Below, piece after piece: positions 1 through 11,856 of a DNA stretch of 64,000 bases (the stretch's first letter is position 1; each line of letters begins with the position of its first letter). The stretch comes from Raillietiella orientalis. Taxonomy: Eukaryota. A program made the translations under genes and the position numbers. Under the pieces are notes generated by a model, which had not been told where the DNA came from, searched no databases, and was given only the letters and a program-made list of their open reading frames with translations. The stretch lies in the NCBI GenBank assembly GCA_036172245.1, contig JAYWIR010000007.1, positions 3,844,001 through 3,908,000 of the forward strand. Reading direction: 5' to 3'.

Positions 1-701
1 GCGTGGCTGGTTGAGTCTTAAGTCAGCACTAATCACAGCAGGCAACTCTAAAAGTAACTTTTCTAGACCTCCATCAACTTCACAAGTAACCATAAGTTTT
101 TCATTTTGTTTCTCAATGCTTGAAGCACATGCTGCTTGGGGCCATTTCAGTAAAGTGGCTATCATCTGAGCTGTTTGCACAGCATCATCATCAATGGCCT
201 ATATTCATAAACCAAATATAATAGACTTTCCATTTACTTGTTTGCCCAACAGAATAAGCTGTGCATTTTCAATCTCGGCCAACTTCGACAACACTTTGGC
301 AACATGTAATGGTTCAAAAGATAAGGGTCCCCTCTCAGCTGTATCCACATGAATCGCATGATCAGCTCCTAAGGCTAAAGCAGTACGCAAAACTTCCTAC
401 ACAGCTTCCTACACAAACACCTCAGGAAATGAGTGTTAACATACCTGGCTTTGTGATGGGCCACATGATACTGCAACAATGTCTTGTGCCCATCCTTTTT
501 CCTTCATTCTTATAGCTTCTTCAAGAGCAATTTCGTCAAATGGGTTCATGGAATGTTTTACACCATCCAACACAACCCCACTTTTATTAGGTTGAACACG
601 AATCTTGAAACATCCTTTTATTTTTGGATCACTTCTGATTTTCATACCTTAACAGCATAATCAATAACTCGTTTACAACCAACCAATATCCGTAGGGCCA
701 T
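1..701 (-). CDS. ETFB: Electron transfer flavoprotein subunit beta; exons 701-648, 603-445, 396-238, 198-<1; 3' end outside the window
   Basis: Spliced translation [48 protein letters not shown]...LLGKQ/AIDDD...[13 protein letters not shown] introns of 44, 48 and 39 nt keep the frame. Confidence 0.96.
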
Positions 702-3289
702 TCTTAAAAAATCTTACAAAAATGTAACCCTCGATGTCTTATAAATTAATGGAATCTAAAACTTGGAGCTGACATTTTCATTTCAAAGAAAAAAATGCAC
801 GACATTCTCATTCAAATTACGAAAATCGAAGATGAACCACTTGCATTTTCCTGTTTGTAAAACTATCATTTCATATCATATAACCTGATGTGGCATTGCA
901 TTGGATTTAAACGGCAAACACAAATCCTTTTACACACACAAATCAAATAACGCAAATGCTTTGATTTTTAGGGAGAGGAAACAATCCACACCATCCATGC
1001 ATGTGCTATTCCACGAAAGATACAAAAACGGAGGATGACCGAGAACGCTAAACGGGGAAAACAAAAGCAAAAAGTACATTGCAAACTTTTTGCGTTTTTT
1101 TTTTTTCCAGTGAAGTGACGAATGCCTCCGTGCACCATTTCTCAATGCACGGGCAAAGTTCCGCTGTCCTCATCGTTATTACTTACGTTATCTTCCTGTG
1201 AAACACTTCCCGAAACCGCAGTGCTTTGCCATGCGGCTAATTGGCTTCAAAATTGGCTCAACAAAATTTACTGTTGATGCAGTGCATCATTTTAAGTTTC
1301 AATACTTATGGTTGAAAATCATTCACTATTCTGACTTTATGAAATCACCAGCTCGTGCTTACAGCAAACGTCGATCTCACCAGACACAACTTCATATTAA
1401 TACAAAAGCACACGCACCCATACGGTGGAAAACCAACGTTTTTTTTTTTTTTTTTTTCTTTTTCTTGAAAAGCGCCGTCTTACTACATTTCTTTAGAGAT
1501 TGCATAAAAAGTCAACGAACTATCTCATTCCCGGTCGCGTCAAGGCGAGCTTTCCTTCCTCCAGGCTCTCACGTGGCAGGGATGCCGGCTCCTCGGGACG
1601 CGGGAAAAACTGCAGAGCACACCTCAATGACGCACGTCTCCGAGAGAAACAAGTAATGATAATAATTTTCATGGTAATTATAGATGCAGTTTTTCAAAAA
1701 AAAAAAATAAAAATACGAGAAAATTAAAAGGAAGTGTAACAGGATTGTTCGGAAATGAAAAAGAAGGCAGACATGACTTCACCCAGGAACTATTTCGTGG
1801 ATGATAGGTTTGTTCCACGTCAGCCACAGGGGGATTCTTTTTGAAAATTACTTACTTGATTTTAGCGAATTCCTTTTCTGATGAAAAAGTCGATCATGAG
1901 TTTTGAAAACCTTTGACAGGATCGTGTCTAAACATTCTATTTGAGTAATAAAAATACCACATGAACGACTGCTTCTTGTTGCAAGTTTGCGAGAAGTTTT
2001 GAAATCAATGAAGGGAAATCAATCAAAATACACATTGGTGTTTTTCTGAAATTATTAAATAATTCATGTGCAATGAGAGTATTCCTCCATTCATTCGTGA
2101 CTTGGAAAAACTGAATGTCTCACTAGATAAAACATTCAGTGATGGAGTTCTTAATGTCCTCGAGATTTTTAAGGTCGTTATTTTTCAACTTTGGTTGTTT
2201 GAATCTTCTTTATTCACCCAAGAACCAATGCAATTCATAGGTTTCCAATGCAATTTTCCAATGCTTGTCTGCAACAGTTCATCATGTAGGTTTCCTACAT
2301 GCAATGCTTCAAGCTTTGCATGGATGACGAAATTCTGTGGGAGTTGCATCATCCGTCGGAATCCCTATATTCTTTTAGTTTTTCACAATTTTGTACTACT
2401 GCATTTTCTTTCACATCCAGTTTTCTAAAAGTCTCCTGCTAACGCGTGTTCTTTTCTTTGTTTTTTTCTCAAGAAAACACTATTTTATCTGTAACCCATC
2501 TTTGATGGTTTCGCAATTCTTTCTCTTCTTGTGTCCAATCTTTAAGATTTCCATCTTAATGAATAAACGTGGATTAGAAATTAATCTTTGTCATTTAAAG
2601 TTTCTTTATTTAAGTCATTAAGAATTTATTCTGAATTGAGAAGTTCCCATGTTCACATAGGCTGTGGATAGGAAAATGTGTGTGTGAATTAAATATTTAT
2701 CATAGTTATTCGTGTTGGTCTTTTTTTTGGTCCTAATAAAACGAATAATTCTCGGATTTGAACGCATATTTTGATAACTTTTCCTGCAAGCTATAGAAGA
2801 GGAGAGGAAAATTCCGCGTTTTCTTCATCTGAAATTAGCTGCAAAATGCAATAGATTTCAAACAGATTTCAAAGTACCTTTAAATTATATGAAAACATAA
2901 TCTGTTGAATCTCATCACAAGGTTCCATAAGGAATGGGAGTCTCGAGAATGTTATGAAACGAGCAATGAGAGCGTCTTTTCTGATGAAGATGTGCCTAGC
3001 GATCTGCTTCCCAGATCTGCCCATTTCATGTTGCAAAAAGTGCTGCGAATTTTCTTAGCATCTATTTGCACTCACTAACGGTCTATGATTTGACTTGAAC
3101 TTGAGAGTCAGCCAACCCATTTTTGTGATGTGTCATATTTTCCATTAGTACGAAACACCTGAGCGATATGCTTAAAATATTTTAAATTAGGAGCGGTGTA
3201 GAATCAACAGAGAATGTCCAGAGGACGTCCCGCATCCAGCAAATCGTAATGCAACTGCTTTGCATCCTCTGAAGCTTTGTATTGCTAGT

Positions 3290-4970
3290 TCTACAAATCA
3301 GATGGAAACTTCTGCCGACTTGTAGACCATATCTTAGTGGCGAGGAGGAGAGGCTGGAGTCTTGCTAGCTCGCTGCCAATGTCTCCTGTTTTCTGTGCAG
3401 CCGTTCCGACTCCTCCGAAATCATAATCTTCACAAGAAAGCGAAAAAGGAATCAGAAAAAAGAAAAGAAAAGAAAGAGGGTGCAAGAAAGAGAGAATCAA
3501 CTGATTTATCTAACGAAACGGAAACTTCTTGACTCCCGTCATCGTTCGAGAATGACTGCTGTTGAGAGTGAGGGACGGCTTCTTATTTCTGCAAGACACT
3601 TCCCCTATCTCAATTTGAGCAATTGCAAATTTTGGCTGTTCGGTTGCCCAGTTCGGACAACTGCCTTGAAGCCGACAAGAAAAACGCCAAGGAAACGACG
3701 CGACTCGCGAAACCTCTGAAAGCAATGCTCCTCCCCTCTTTCTTGGCCTGGATCGTCACGGGCAACAAAAGTCTTCGTGATCAGCATTCAGAGCCTGGTG
3801 GCCCCCGTGAGGAAGACACGACAGTCGAACTTTTTAGGCAGAGAGAGTCTAGAGTTCGTGTAGACAGGCAAAGCGCCCCCACCACCGGCCTCGATGTCAG
3901 CGGATGGGCAAGTCTGGGGTCCGTTCCTCAAATCCCAATCAGCACGGGGATGCGAGCGTTCTAAACAGACTTAGGATGCGCCTTCCAGGGTGGCGGGCGG
4001 TCCCACGCTCTAAATAGGAGGGTGGTGGTGGCAGTTAGTCTCTTCTGCGGTTTCCTTCCCGCCGTGGACTAATGGAGCCCAGAGACCACGGGATGCTGGG
4101 ATGCTAAGACCGACCGCACATGTGTTCCTCCCTGTGTTCGTCCTGAGCCCGTCGGTGCTCCTCCAAACATCGCGTTCCTGGAAAAATCCCCTTCCTTCCG
4201 ACGGTCGGAAGGAAGGGGATTTCTCACTCCCGAAACCGAGAGAACAGGTTCTCGGGATCAGGGGACCTTGGTCGCCAGAGGTCAAACTCGTCGATGTGAA
4301 TGCCTCCTCCTCTTTTCCAAGAGAGCGCCCCCTTCCCTCTTGGAGCCACCTTTCCCGAAGGGCGAGAAGAGGAGGTTGCGCCGCACCCCGTCGAGGGAGG
4401 GAGGAGGAAACTAGAGGTCACATAGGTTCCCGCCTCGCGGATCTCGCCAGGATATTTGGGAAAATCACATGTGGAGACCCCACCGTAGGGCGGAAGGGAG
4501 GTTTAGGGAACCCCCCAACGACAGCGAGACGGACGTCGGCGAGTCTCCCGGGTTCCTCCGACTGGTCGGTCGAATGGACCGCGCTCGGAGAGCTCCGGTC
4601 ACTCCCTAAAGAAAAAGAGGCAGAGGGATGAAGGGGAGACTGAAGGGGTCGGGGGGGATCTTCAGTGCTCCCCGCCCGCCGCCAGCCGACGGCGGCAGGG
4701 AAGCGCGCGGCATCCTGGTCGCAGGAGGCGTCGTCGCCCTGGTAGGAGGTGGCGCCTCCAGTTATCTTCCGCATCGATTCGGTTCCCAAGCTTCCCTCGC
4801 ACTCTCCCGTCTCCCCATCCCCCTCGGGAGGACTCTGAGGAAGAGAGACGCCTCGGAAGCTACGGACGGGGGAGGGGACAGGGGGAGAGGGAACCGGCGC
4901 GCGACTGCCGCCCACCCCTGAAGGAGAGCTGCACTTAGGTAGGGACGCGGAATCGCTGCTCCTCAACGCG
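3290..4970 (-). mobile_element. Decayed LINE fragments (low-complexity ORF1-like part, ORF2 C-terminal part, T-rich 3' tract)
   Basis: GC-rich and frameshifted; FLGVFLVGFKAVVR...AEIRSRPSL resembles the C-terminus of the other copies; T-rich tract at about 3450-3495 on the minus strand. Confidence 0.4.
4184..4222. repeat. Perfect inverted repeat, 19-bp arms and 1-nt spacer
   Basis: aaatccccttccttccgac g gtcggaaggaaggggattt. Confidence 0.95.
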
Positions 4971-4984
4971 AAGACTTTCTAAAG

Positions 4985-6220
4985 GAAACATTCACTCGTG
5001 GCGAAGATGTGGAGCGCCACCTGGTGTGACCTGCACGCCTCCTCGTCCAGCAGGCCACCGGAAACGCGGGCCTCGCGTCCTTCCTTGAGCTCCGTCGCCG
5101 CAACATCTGCCACTGCAGATTGCAGCTTCGAAGAGTGACCACGCTGACGTGGAAGAACACGGGATGGATCTCCTGTCGCCCCGCGAACGGTAGTGCCTGG
5201 CTACAAAAAACCGTTCGCACGTGGACGAGGAGCCAGGAGCAACGCACGGAACAGGTGCGCCGTTTCTCGCCCCGAGAGATCCTGGGGACCCCGGAGAAAG
5301 CGAGTGGGGAGAAATAATCTCCCTCGCCGCAGAGCTGTCCTTCCTCAGGGAATATCTAGGCAGAAGCATCGAGGCGAAATGGGAGGTTGCAGTGATCATC
5401 TCCGGAAAGGGGAAAGGACTAGGCGAGTGGAAGCTCGCCGACGCTGCGACCCCGAGTACACTACCCCGTGGACTCTTGCTCAGGGGTTAGCTACTGGATG
5501 TTTCGTCGGAATACCTGAAGTGGGCCCCGGTGCTCATGGACACCTGCACCCTCCCCTTGAAGTGGCAGGAGTCGGCGGTGTTTCTGCTGCACTGGGGTCT
5601 CCCGCGCAACGCCCGCCGTCACCACTGGACACGGGGTGGTGTCGACCTTAATTGTGTTAGGTGCAGGGAGCATGAATCCCTCCCCTTCCTGCTAGTGGAT
5701 TGTGTCGGCCTTCGGCCCCACTGGGAACGCTTTGCCGCGACCCTAGGAAACCCCGGCGGCAACTCCAGGGATGCTCTAAAACTTCTCTTCGTTCGCGACT
5801 CCCTTCTGCCCTGCGGGATCTTCGCTGCATACAGTGACGCAACAGGAACATCCAGCCATGGGAATGCCGTCCACTTCGCCGTCCGCTTCATCAGGATGGC
5901 AACGCGATGGCTTCACCTGAAAAATAACATGACCTTGCTGACATTTCCGACCTTGCCGACATCCTACAGAGGATGGACAGGACTGCCACTAGCAGTCCTG
6001 TCCATCCTTCCCGAATCCCCCCCAAAAGTGTATTTATTTTTATTTGTTTCTTTTTGGTTGCCCTCTCCCCTCTGCTGCTGTGGTGGACCGCGCCGGTCAG
6101 CGAACTGGTGTCCTGGCAGGCTTCCATTAAATTGTGCGTGGTTGGACCGGCGATCCAACCACAGTTCTCAGAAGATGTTTATTCTTTTATTAGAATAAAC
6201 GCCCCAGCGCACCTGGTGAG
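4985..6220 (+). mobile_element. L1/Tx1-like LINE 3' fragment: ORF2 C-terminal zinc-finger region plus 3' module
   Basis: LPLKWQESAVFLLHWGLPRNARRHHWTRGG..NCVRCREHESLPFLLVDC (zf-RVT-like); homologous to 21.5-22.0, 29.8-30.1, 54.7-55.0 and 58.3-58.7 kb; then a T-rich tract, hairpins and AATAAA. Confidence 0.8.
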
Positions 6221-6224
6221 AATC

Positions 6225-7610
6225 AAGGAAACGCTCTCGGGGAGGAGGTCACGGGGAGGATTCCTCATGACCGGAGGCGGGAGTGGGACCTCGTCCTCGA
6301 AGCTTCCCTACCCCCGTGGATGGGGTGGAGGCGGAGAGTACTCCTCCTCCTCCTCCTTTGGGCTCTTTCCCAGCCCGCGGCAGTCGCCCTCTCCATACGA
6401 CCTCTCGAAGAGCGGTCGCAGGTACTCGACTGCCGCGAGCAGCGAGGCCCAACCTCACCGCCGGTTGTTGGAACACGCATCCGAGGAGCCCCGTCGAGCA
6501 GACCCCTCGCGTGAGAGAGAAAGAGACGGGGAAGAGAGAGGAGTCGACCCGCTCCCTCCCCCCACCAGGTGCCACGCAGTCGCTGTCTCCACCGACGCCT
6601 TAGTGGTGGCGTGCTGATGAAGAGGCTACCCGCTTAGCCGGCGATGGGGGGGTAGGTCGAAGCTTCAAAGGTTCGAAGGCAACTGAGAAGCGGCTGGGCA
6701 GGTGTCCCCTAGGGAGAGGGTGGACGTCCTTCTTCTGTCCGTGTCCTAGTGTCTGTTTCGTGAGGAGGAACCGGCCACCACCCGCCCCAACCTGACGAGG
6801 AGGAAAAAGAGGGAGGTGCGCCCCTCCATCCTCATCCCCCACGCCATTCCTCTTGGAACCAGCAGGCCACCGACTCTCCACTCGCGAACCGGGAAGACGG
6901 GAGCCCTGCTCTGAGAAGCGAAGGGGGAGGGAATCCTTCTGGAGGTCTTCCTCCATTCTGCCCGCGACTACCCCCCCGTTCTCTCTTTCTCCTCCTCCAC
7001 TCGGAAGGGCGGAGGTTCCCCTTTTGCGGCGGCTGGAGAGGCGGGCGAGCTGCCGTTCGGACTGGACGGTCCAGCTCCCGGGTTGCCATGAGACGGGAGA
7101 CGGCAGAATCCGCTCTTCCTCCGCCCTGGCCGAGAGGGCGAGGAAAACGGAGAGGAGCTGCGCGCACACGCTGGAGTCCGGTGGGCGAAAGTGGGTGCCT
7201 GAAATGGCGCCCGCGACTTGGCGCATGTGCCCTGCCGCCGCCGCCTTGGTCAGCGGGGCAGGCTGTGCGAGGGCGGGAGTGGACCCGTAGGGGTTCGCCG
7301 CGGTGCGCAATCGGCGATCCCCCCGAGTTCCAGGAACTGATCAGCACCCCGATCCCTGCCCTCCCTTTGTTCGGCGGTGGCTCCGCCTCGCCGTCCAATG
7401 AGAAACCGCGATGACTCACCACGCACCTCCCCTTTCCGCGACGGGCACCGCGGACAGGTCTGAACCTGCGGGTCCTCAGACGAGCGGGTCGAGCTGGCGT
7501 GGGCGGATGTCATTGTGGTTGCAGGTGTTATAGCAGGTCCGACGAGCAGCTTTTGACAGGTGGGTCTTTCGCACGCGGCGTGGACGCAGGTGCGCATCTT
7601 TCTCCTCCAT
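6225..7610 (-). mobile_element. LINE ORF1 C-terminal half, degenerate
   Basis: Frameshifted knuckle remnants (TCVH..KTHLSK..TCYN..NHNDI) near 7510-7595, then S/E/R/P-rich low complexity; the end resembles 57500-57600. Confidence 0.5.
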
Positions 7611-7649
7611 CCCAGTTCCCCTTGCTTCTCGGAAGGGGGTAGGTGCGTC

Positions 7650-9355
7650 GGAGGAGGAAAAAGAAGGGGGGGAAATGGAAAAAAAAGAAAAGAAAATAAG
7701 AGCGGCGCTGGCTAAGGGTTCGGCACCCACGTCCCCCCTGTCCGATTTCCACCGTGCGCGCTGCAGCCGCCGCCCCTCTCCCCCCTCCTCTCTCCCGTTC
7801 GCCCTGTACGGTACACCGTGCGCCGTACACGCGCCCTTACGATCCCGGTCCTCTGAAGCGACTCGGCACGGAGGGCTCCACCGGGGGGCCAGGAGGAGGT
7901 GGGTGCGCGCTGCGGCAGCACCCAGCACTTCGCCGGCTCCCCTTCTCTCTGATGACCCCACCCTGTCTTCACGGTTTCGGGAGCCGGTGTTTCCTCCGAG
8001 GCGTCCGGAGGGCGGGGATGGCTACCAGCTCTGCTTGCGACCACCGTCCCGGCGATGGCCGACGAAGAAGACCCGTGGTTGCCGGGAAGGCTACCCGGAT
8101 CCCGATTCGAGGACCGGTAAAACGAAGTGGTCGGCAAGGTCGAAGGGTCGCCGAGCGAGGAGGGCGGCCGGAGTGGGGTGGGTCTACGGGTAGACCTCCG
8201 GGCTCCCCTTTCTGGCGATTTCCTTTCCTCTCTTCCGCACCTCGGCCACCCCTTCCTCTCTCCGGGGTCGCGTGCTACGACCCGCGAGCGCCCGAGTCCG
8301 CGGGCGGTTTCGACTGCGGAAGGGGACGATGGGGCTTCGAAGCGGCGGGGGAGCTCCCGGGTCTGCGCCGAAGACGTGGGGGAGGGGGGGTGGAGCCATG
8401 GTGCCGGTGGTCACGGGGCGGGAAGAATCGCGGGCTGGAAGGGGGTGGGTCCTGAAAGCTTGGCTTTGACCCCCTCTCGACCCGAGGCGCACCTGTTGCC
8501 CGTCAGTAGTGCGCGGTTTGATGGCGCGTTCGCGCGCGCTCCCGTGCTGACCTCGCGGACGGCGTGCGCTTCTTGCGGCTGGTTTCCCCTCTCTTTCCCC
8601 GACCACGTAGCACTCACAAAGGAGTATGACTCATCGGTGGCAAACCGGCCTTCCGGGACTGCTAGTGATTGCACGAGTGACACCGCTTCTGGGCCCGTGG
8701 TCCCACCGCGCTCCCTTCGTGCGTGGTGACATCGGCGCTCCTTCAGCCAAACCGACGGATCGGCACCCTGCTTTCCCCGTTCCAGACGCATAGCCCAAAG
8801 GGAGCGGCAGGTGAAAAGCAAGAATCTGCGAAGATTGGGGAACGGAGACCAGGGGAAGCCTCCGGTCGCCGGTTTCGATGTTCCCGTTGATTTTCCAATT
8901 TCTGCTACGGTTCCGTGCGGGAAGGGGGAAAAGGGGTGACCCCTTTTCCCCCTTCCCTCACGCTTCCTCGCTCCCCGTCGACCCCCTGAAAACTTCGCCA
9001 AGGATCCTTCGATCCCGTTTTCAGAGCGCACGGAGCGAACGATCGGGAACGATAGGATGATTCGCGCATCATCGGGATCGGGAGTCTGGTAGACAAGGCG
9101 TAGACAAGGGCGCCGAGCCGTCGTAGCTTGCGGCCCTCTAAGTCTCCGTGACCGTTTTCCGGCTGCTTGCCAGTGGCAAGCCAAGTTCCCTTCTCAAGAT
9201 GCATCCCAGCCACGACCCCACTTCTGTCCGCTTGCTTGACTTCGATAGATGGGCGTTCTCTGGGAAGACGCGTGGCAACACTCCTTTTCGGTGTACACTG
9301 GTTGCTTCTTTCCAGGAGTCACTCGTTCCGTGCACTCAGTGCGGGTGGCCGTAGG
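7650..9355 (-). mobile_element. Degenerate L1-like ORF2 3' part with a possible RNase H-like domain
   Basis: FLLFTCRSLWAMR (WxxR motif after the zinc finger), then FATDES, NQPQEAHAV and TTDGQQV; T-rich 3' tract at about 7660-7700. Confidence 0.4.
8919..8957. repeat. Perfect inverted repeat, 19-bp arms and 1-nt spacer
   Basis: gggaagggggaaaaggggt g accccttttcccccttccc. Confidence 0.95.
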
Positions 9356-9731
9356 GCATCACTTATTGCGTGAAACTCTTGCTGTGGTAAAAGCAGTGAA
9401 TTTATCTCCAGTGCCCATCATGCAGTAGATGAGACTTCTGAGAAGTTGCGCCTTTTGCAGGATTCTTGGTGGAACTTTCTGGAGCTTCGAGTTTGGGTCT
9501 GTTGTTTCAACACGCGGCACCGCTGTGTTGGTGCTCGAATTTGGGTTGCAGCGATTAGCTGCCACCAATATAAGAAGCTTTAATTAGATGCCCCTCTGTT
9601 ACATGCGTACACTGCTTAAGGCGTGGGTGACCCAAACTGAAAGAAAATAAACAGTGGTGGCAAGGAATATTGTCTCTTGCATCAATGAGCACTTACGTAG
9701 TGAAGAATACAGTGTTTCTTTTTGTTTTCAG

Positions 9732-11807
9732 ATTCACATGTTTTTCTTCAATTCGACGGAAGGCACACAAGCCGATACCCCCGTGAGTTTTTCCTTTGGG
9801 ATGAATGGCATTTCACGGAAAGTTATTTTTTTTGCTTGCCAGTGTGTTGTAGATATTGAATGTTTACCTGGTTTTTATTGTGGACTGAAAAAACTATGTG
9901 CGCCCTGCCTGAAATGTGCTGAGATTTTATTTCGAGGGAAGAACGACAGATTTCCTTGTGCCAAAGAATGGGACCAATGTGGAGGCTGTTTAAATGGGTA
10001 TGTGGCCCCAGCGAACAACGGGAGGTCCCCGATCTTCCAGGGGGAACACTGTTTCCGACTTGCTGTTTGAAACCACTAAGATAAACCACGAACTGCTTTG
10101 GCTTTTAGCTGAATTTCGGTTCTGAATGCACACTTTGTTTGCCGTCTGTGCTTCTATTTCTAATAGCATACTCGTCGCGTATAAGAGTAGAAGGAGAAAA
10201 CTGAGAATTTCTTCTCTCAGCTTTGCTTCAAGCTGAGAACTTCGACTTCATGGTCGCTTCCCATTCACCTTCTCTTCAAATGCCCTACCCGTTCTATTTT
10301 GCACATAGAATTTAGATCGCCTCAGTTATTATTGATGCAATTATCCGTATCTTTGTTTGAACTCTTTGCAATTTGTGGGAAAAGAAAGATTCGTGTACGA
10401 GCAGAACTATGAAGGGCAGTTTTTTTTTTGGCATGTACGGAGAATGAAATTGAATGCCAAGCTAAGGTTTCTGAAAGCAGAATCTTTTACAGCATGCATC
10501 TTCACCCTTTAAATCTTTGCCATTCAGCATGTGATTCTTTAAAGTACTTGAAGTTGAGTATGCCATTTTCAGGTACCAGGAAGAAATGCTAAGTGAAAAT
10601 CGTACTTCCCCGATCTGTGATAATGCTATGTCACTCACGCAGAATCAAAGTGAGTCATCCGTTTTACTTTTCTAGAATTACAATTGAAATTGTTTGTAAC
10701 TCATGAAATGCATTTCTCAACGTGTCATGTGACTTTGTTTTTCAAGTTAAAACAAGGCCTTGACATCGGTAACTAGGATAACCATCCCACGAATAATTCG
10801 GTATTATATCTCCAACATATATCATAATTTGGTCTTTTATGTTGCTTAGATGGTGTGTTTTCTGCGAATGTAATCACAGGAAGCTGTATAGTATTTGTTG
10901 CTGTTTTCATTACGTTCAGCATCGGTGCAGCTGTTCGTAGATATCGTAGATCTAAACAATCCATCAAGTCAGGTAAGCACTCTTACGTCTGATGTGCGGT
11001 GTAACATGAAATGACCACACGAATACATTGGACGAAAAAATAAGGGTTCAGGTAATACTGAGCTTTATTTCATAAAATCAGTGGTACAAACTTTTGTATA
11101 ACAAAAAGGAATTTTGGACCGAATATATATATATGCAGATATTTCTCAAAATGCATTGTACTAATGATTTAGCAACATAGTTTTGATTTCTTGATTCTAT
11201 AGGAAATTGTGCATTCAAGCTGCATAAGCACATATGTTGTATTTTCCAAAGTGGTTTTTATGTTGCAGTAGTTTAACAGCGTGATTAAATTTCTCGGTAT
11301 TGTTAAACTCAGCAGCAGATCAATCTGTACCTTTCAGGATCTCATTTGCCAAATTTTCCTATCAGCACACCTGAGATTCAACACACATTTCCACGTCATC
11401 ATCCAGTTCAACAGTGGGTTCATGAACAACTGCAGGAAAAGGTTCCCAGGGAACCATATAATATGGAAGAGGCCCCCCATTGGTTTCCAGAAGCCTGGAT
11501 TGAAGGTGAACACAAGGCCAACATAGCAAGCAGAAAGTTTCTTTTTTAAGGATTTTCAAGTGCTTCCACAGCTGAAATACAATCTTCAATCAGCCAAGGT
11601 GATAATCCAGATGCAGCAGAAGATGCTGACTGTGTGGAAATGTTGCAAACAGAATCTGGGCAACCAGTAGAGGCCAGTCCTTCCCAAGAGCAACCTGGAA
11701 ATTATGAAGACCACAGTGAAACTGCAGATGGATTCAATGTGCTTTTGGAGTTCCGCTGTTTTATACCAAGGAGAACTCATAATTGTTCTGGTTATTCAAA
11801 TGAGTAA
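9732..11807 (+). CDS. TNF receptor superfamily-like type I membrane protein; exons 9732-9782, 9843-9997, 10573-10649, 10850-10972, 11338-11505, 11551-11807; possible first exon 1656-1673
   Basis: Six GT-AG exons join in frame; 10-Cys ectodomain with CAPCLKC...C......CGGCLNGYQEE..PIC; hydrophobic VITGSCIVFVAVFITFSIGAAV then RRYRRSK; acidic tail with PSQE; TAA at 11805-11807. Confidence 0.75.
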
Positions 11808-11856
11808 AGCTTACAGCCTTAAGCAGCGTGTGTGAAATGACATCCTTGGGTGGGGT

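Noticed and set aside
4000..9350. Dozens of long overlapping ORFs in the GC-rich islands (also 18-30 and 55-60 kb)
   Set aside because: High GC suppresses stop codons; most are antisense or off-frame shadows of TE remnants with no coherent domain
10747..10768. Candidate micro-exon in the TNFR-like gene (ttttcaag ... gtaact)
   Set aside because: In the required phase it introduces TGA; the gene reads through without it
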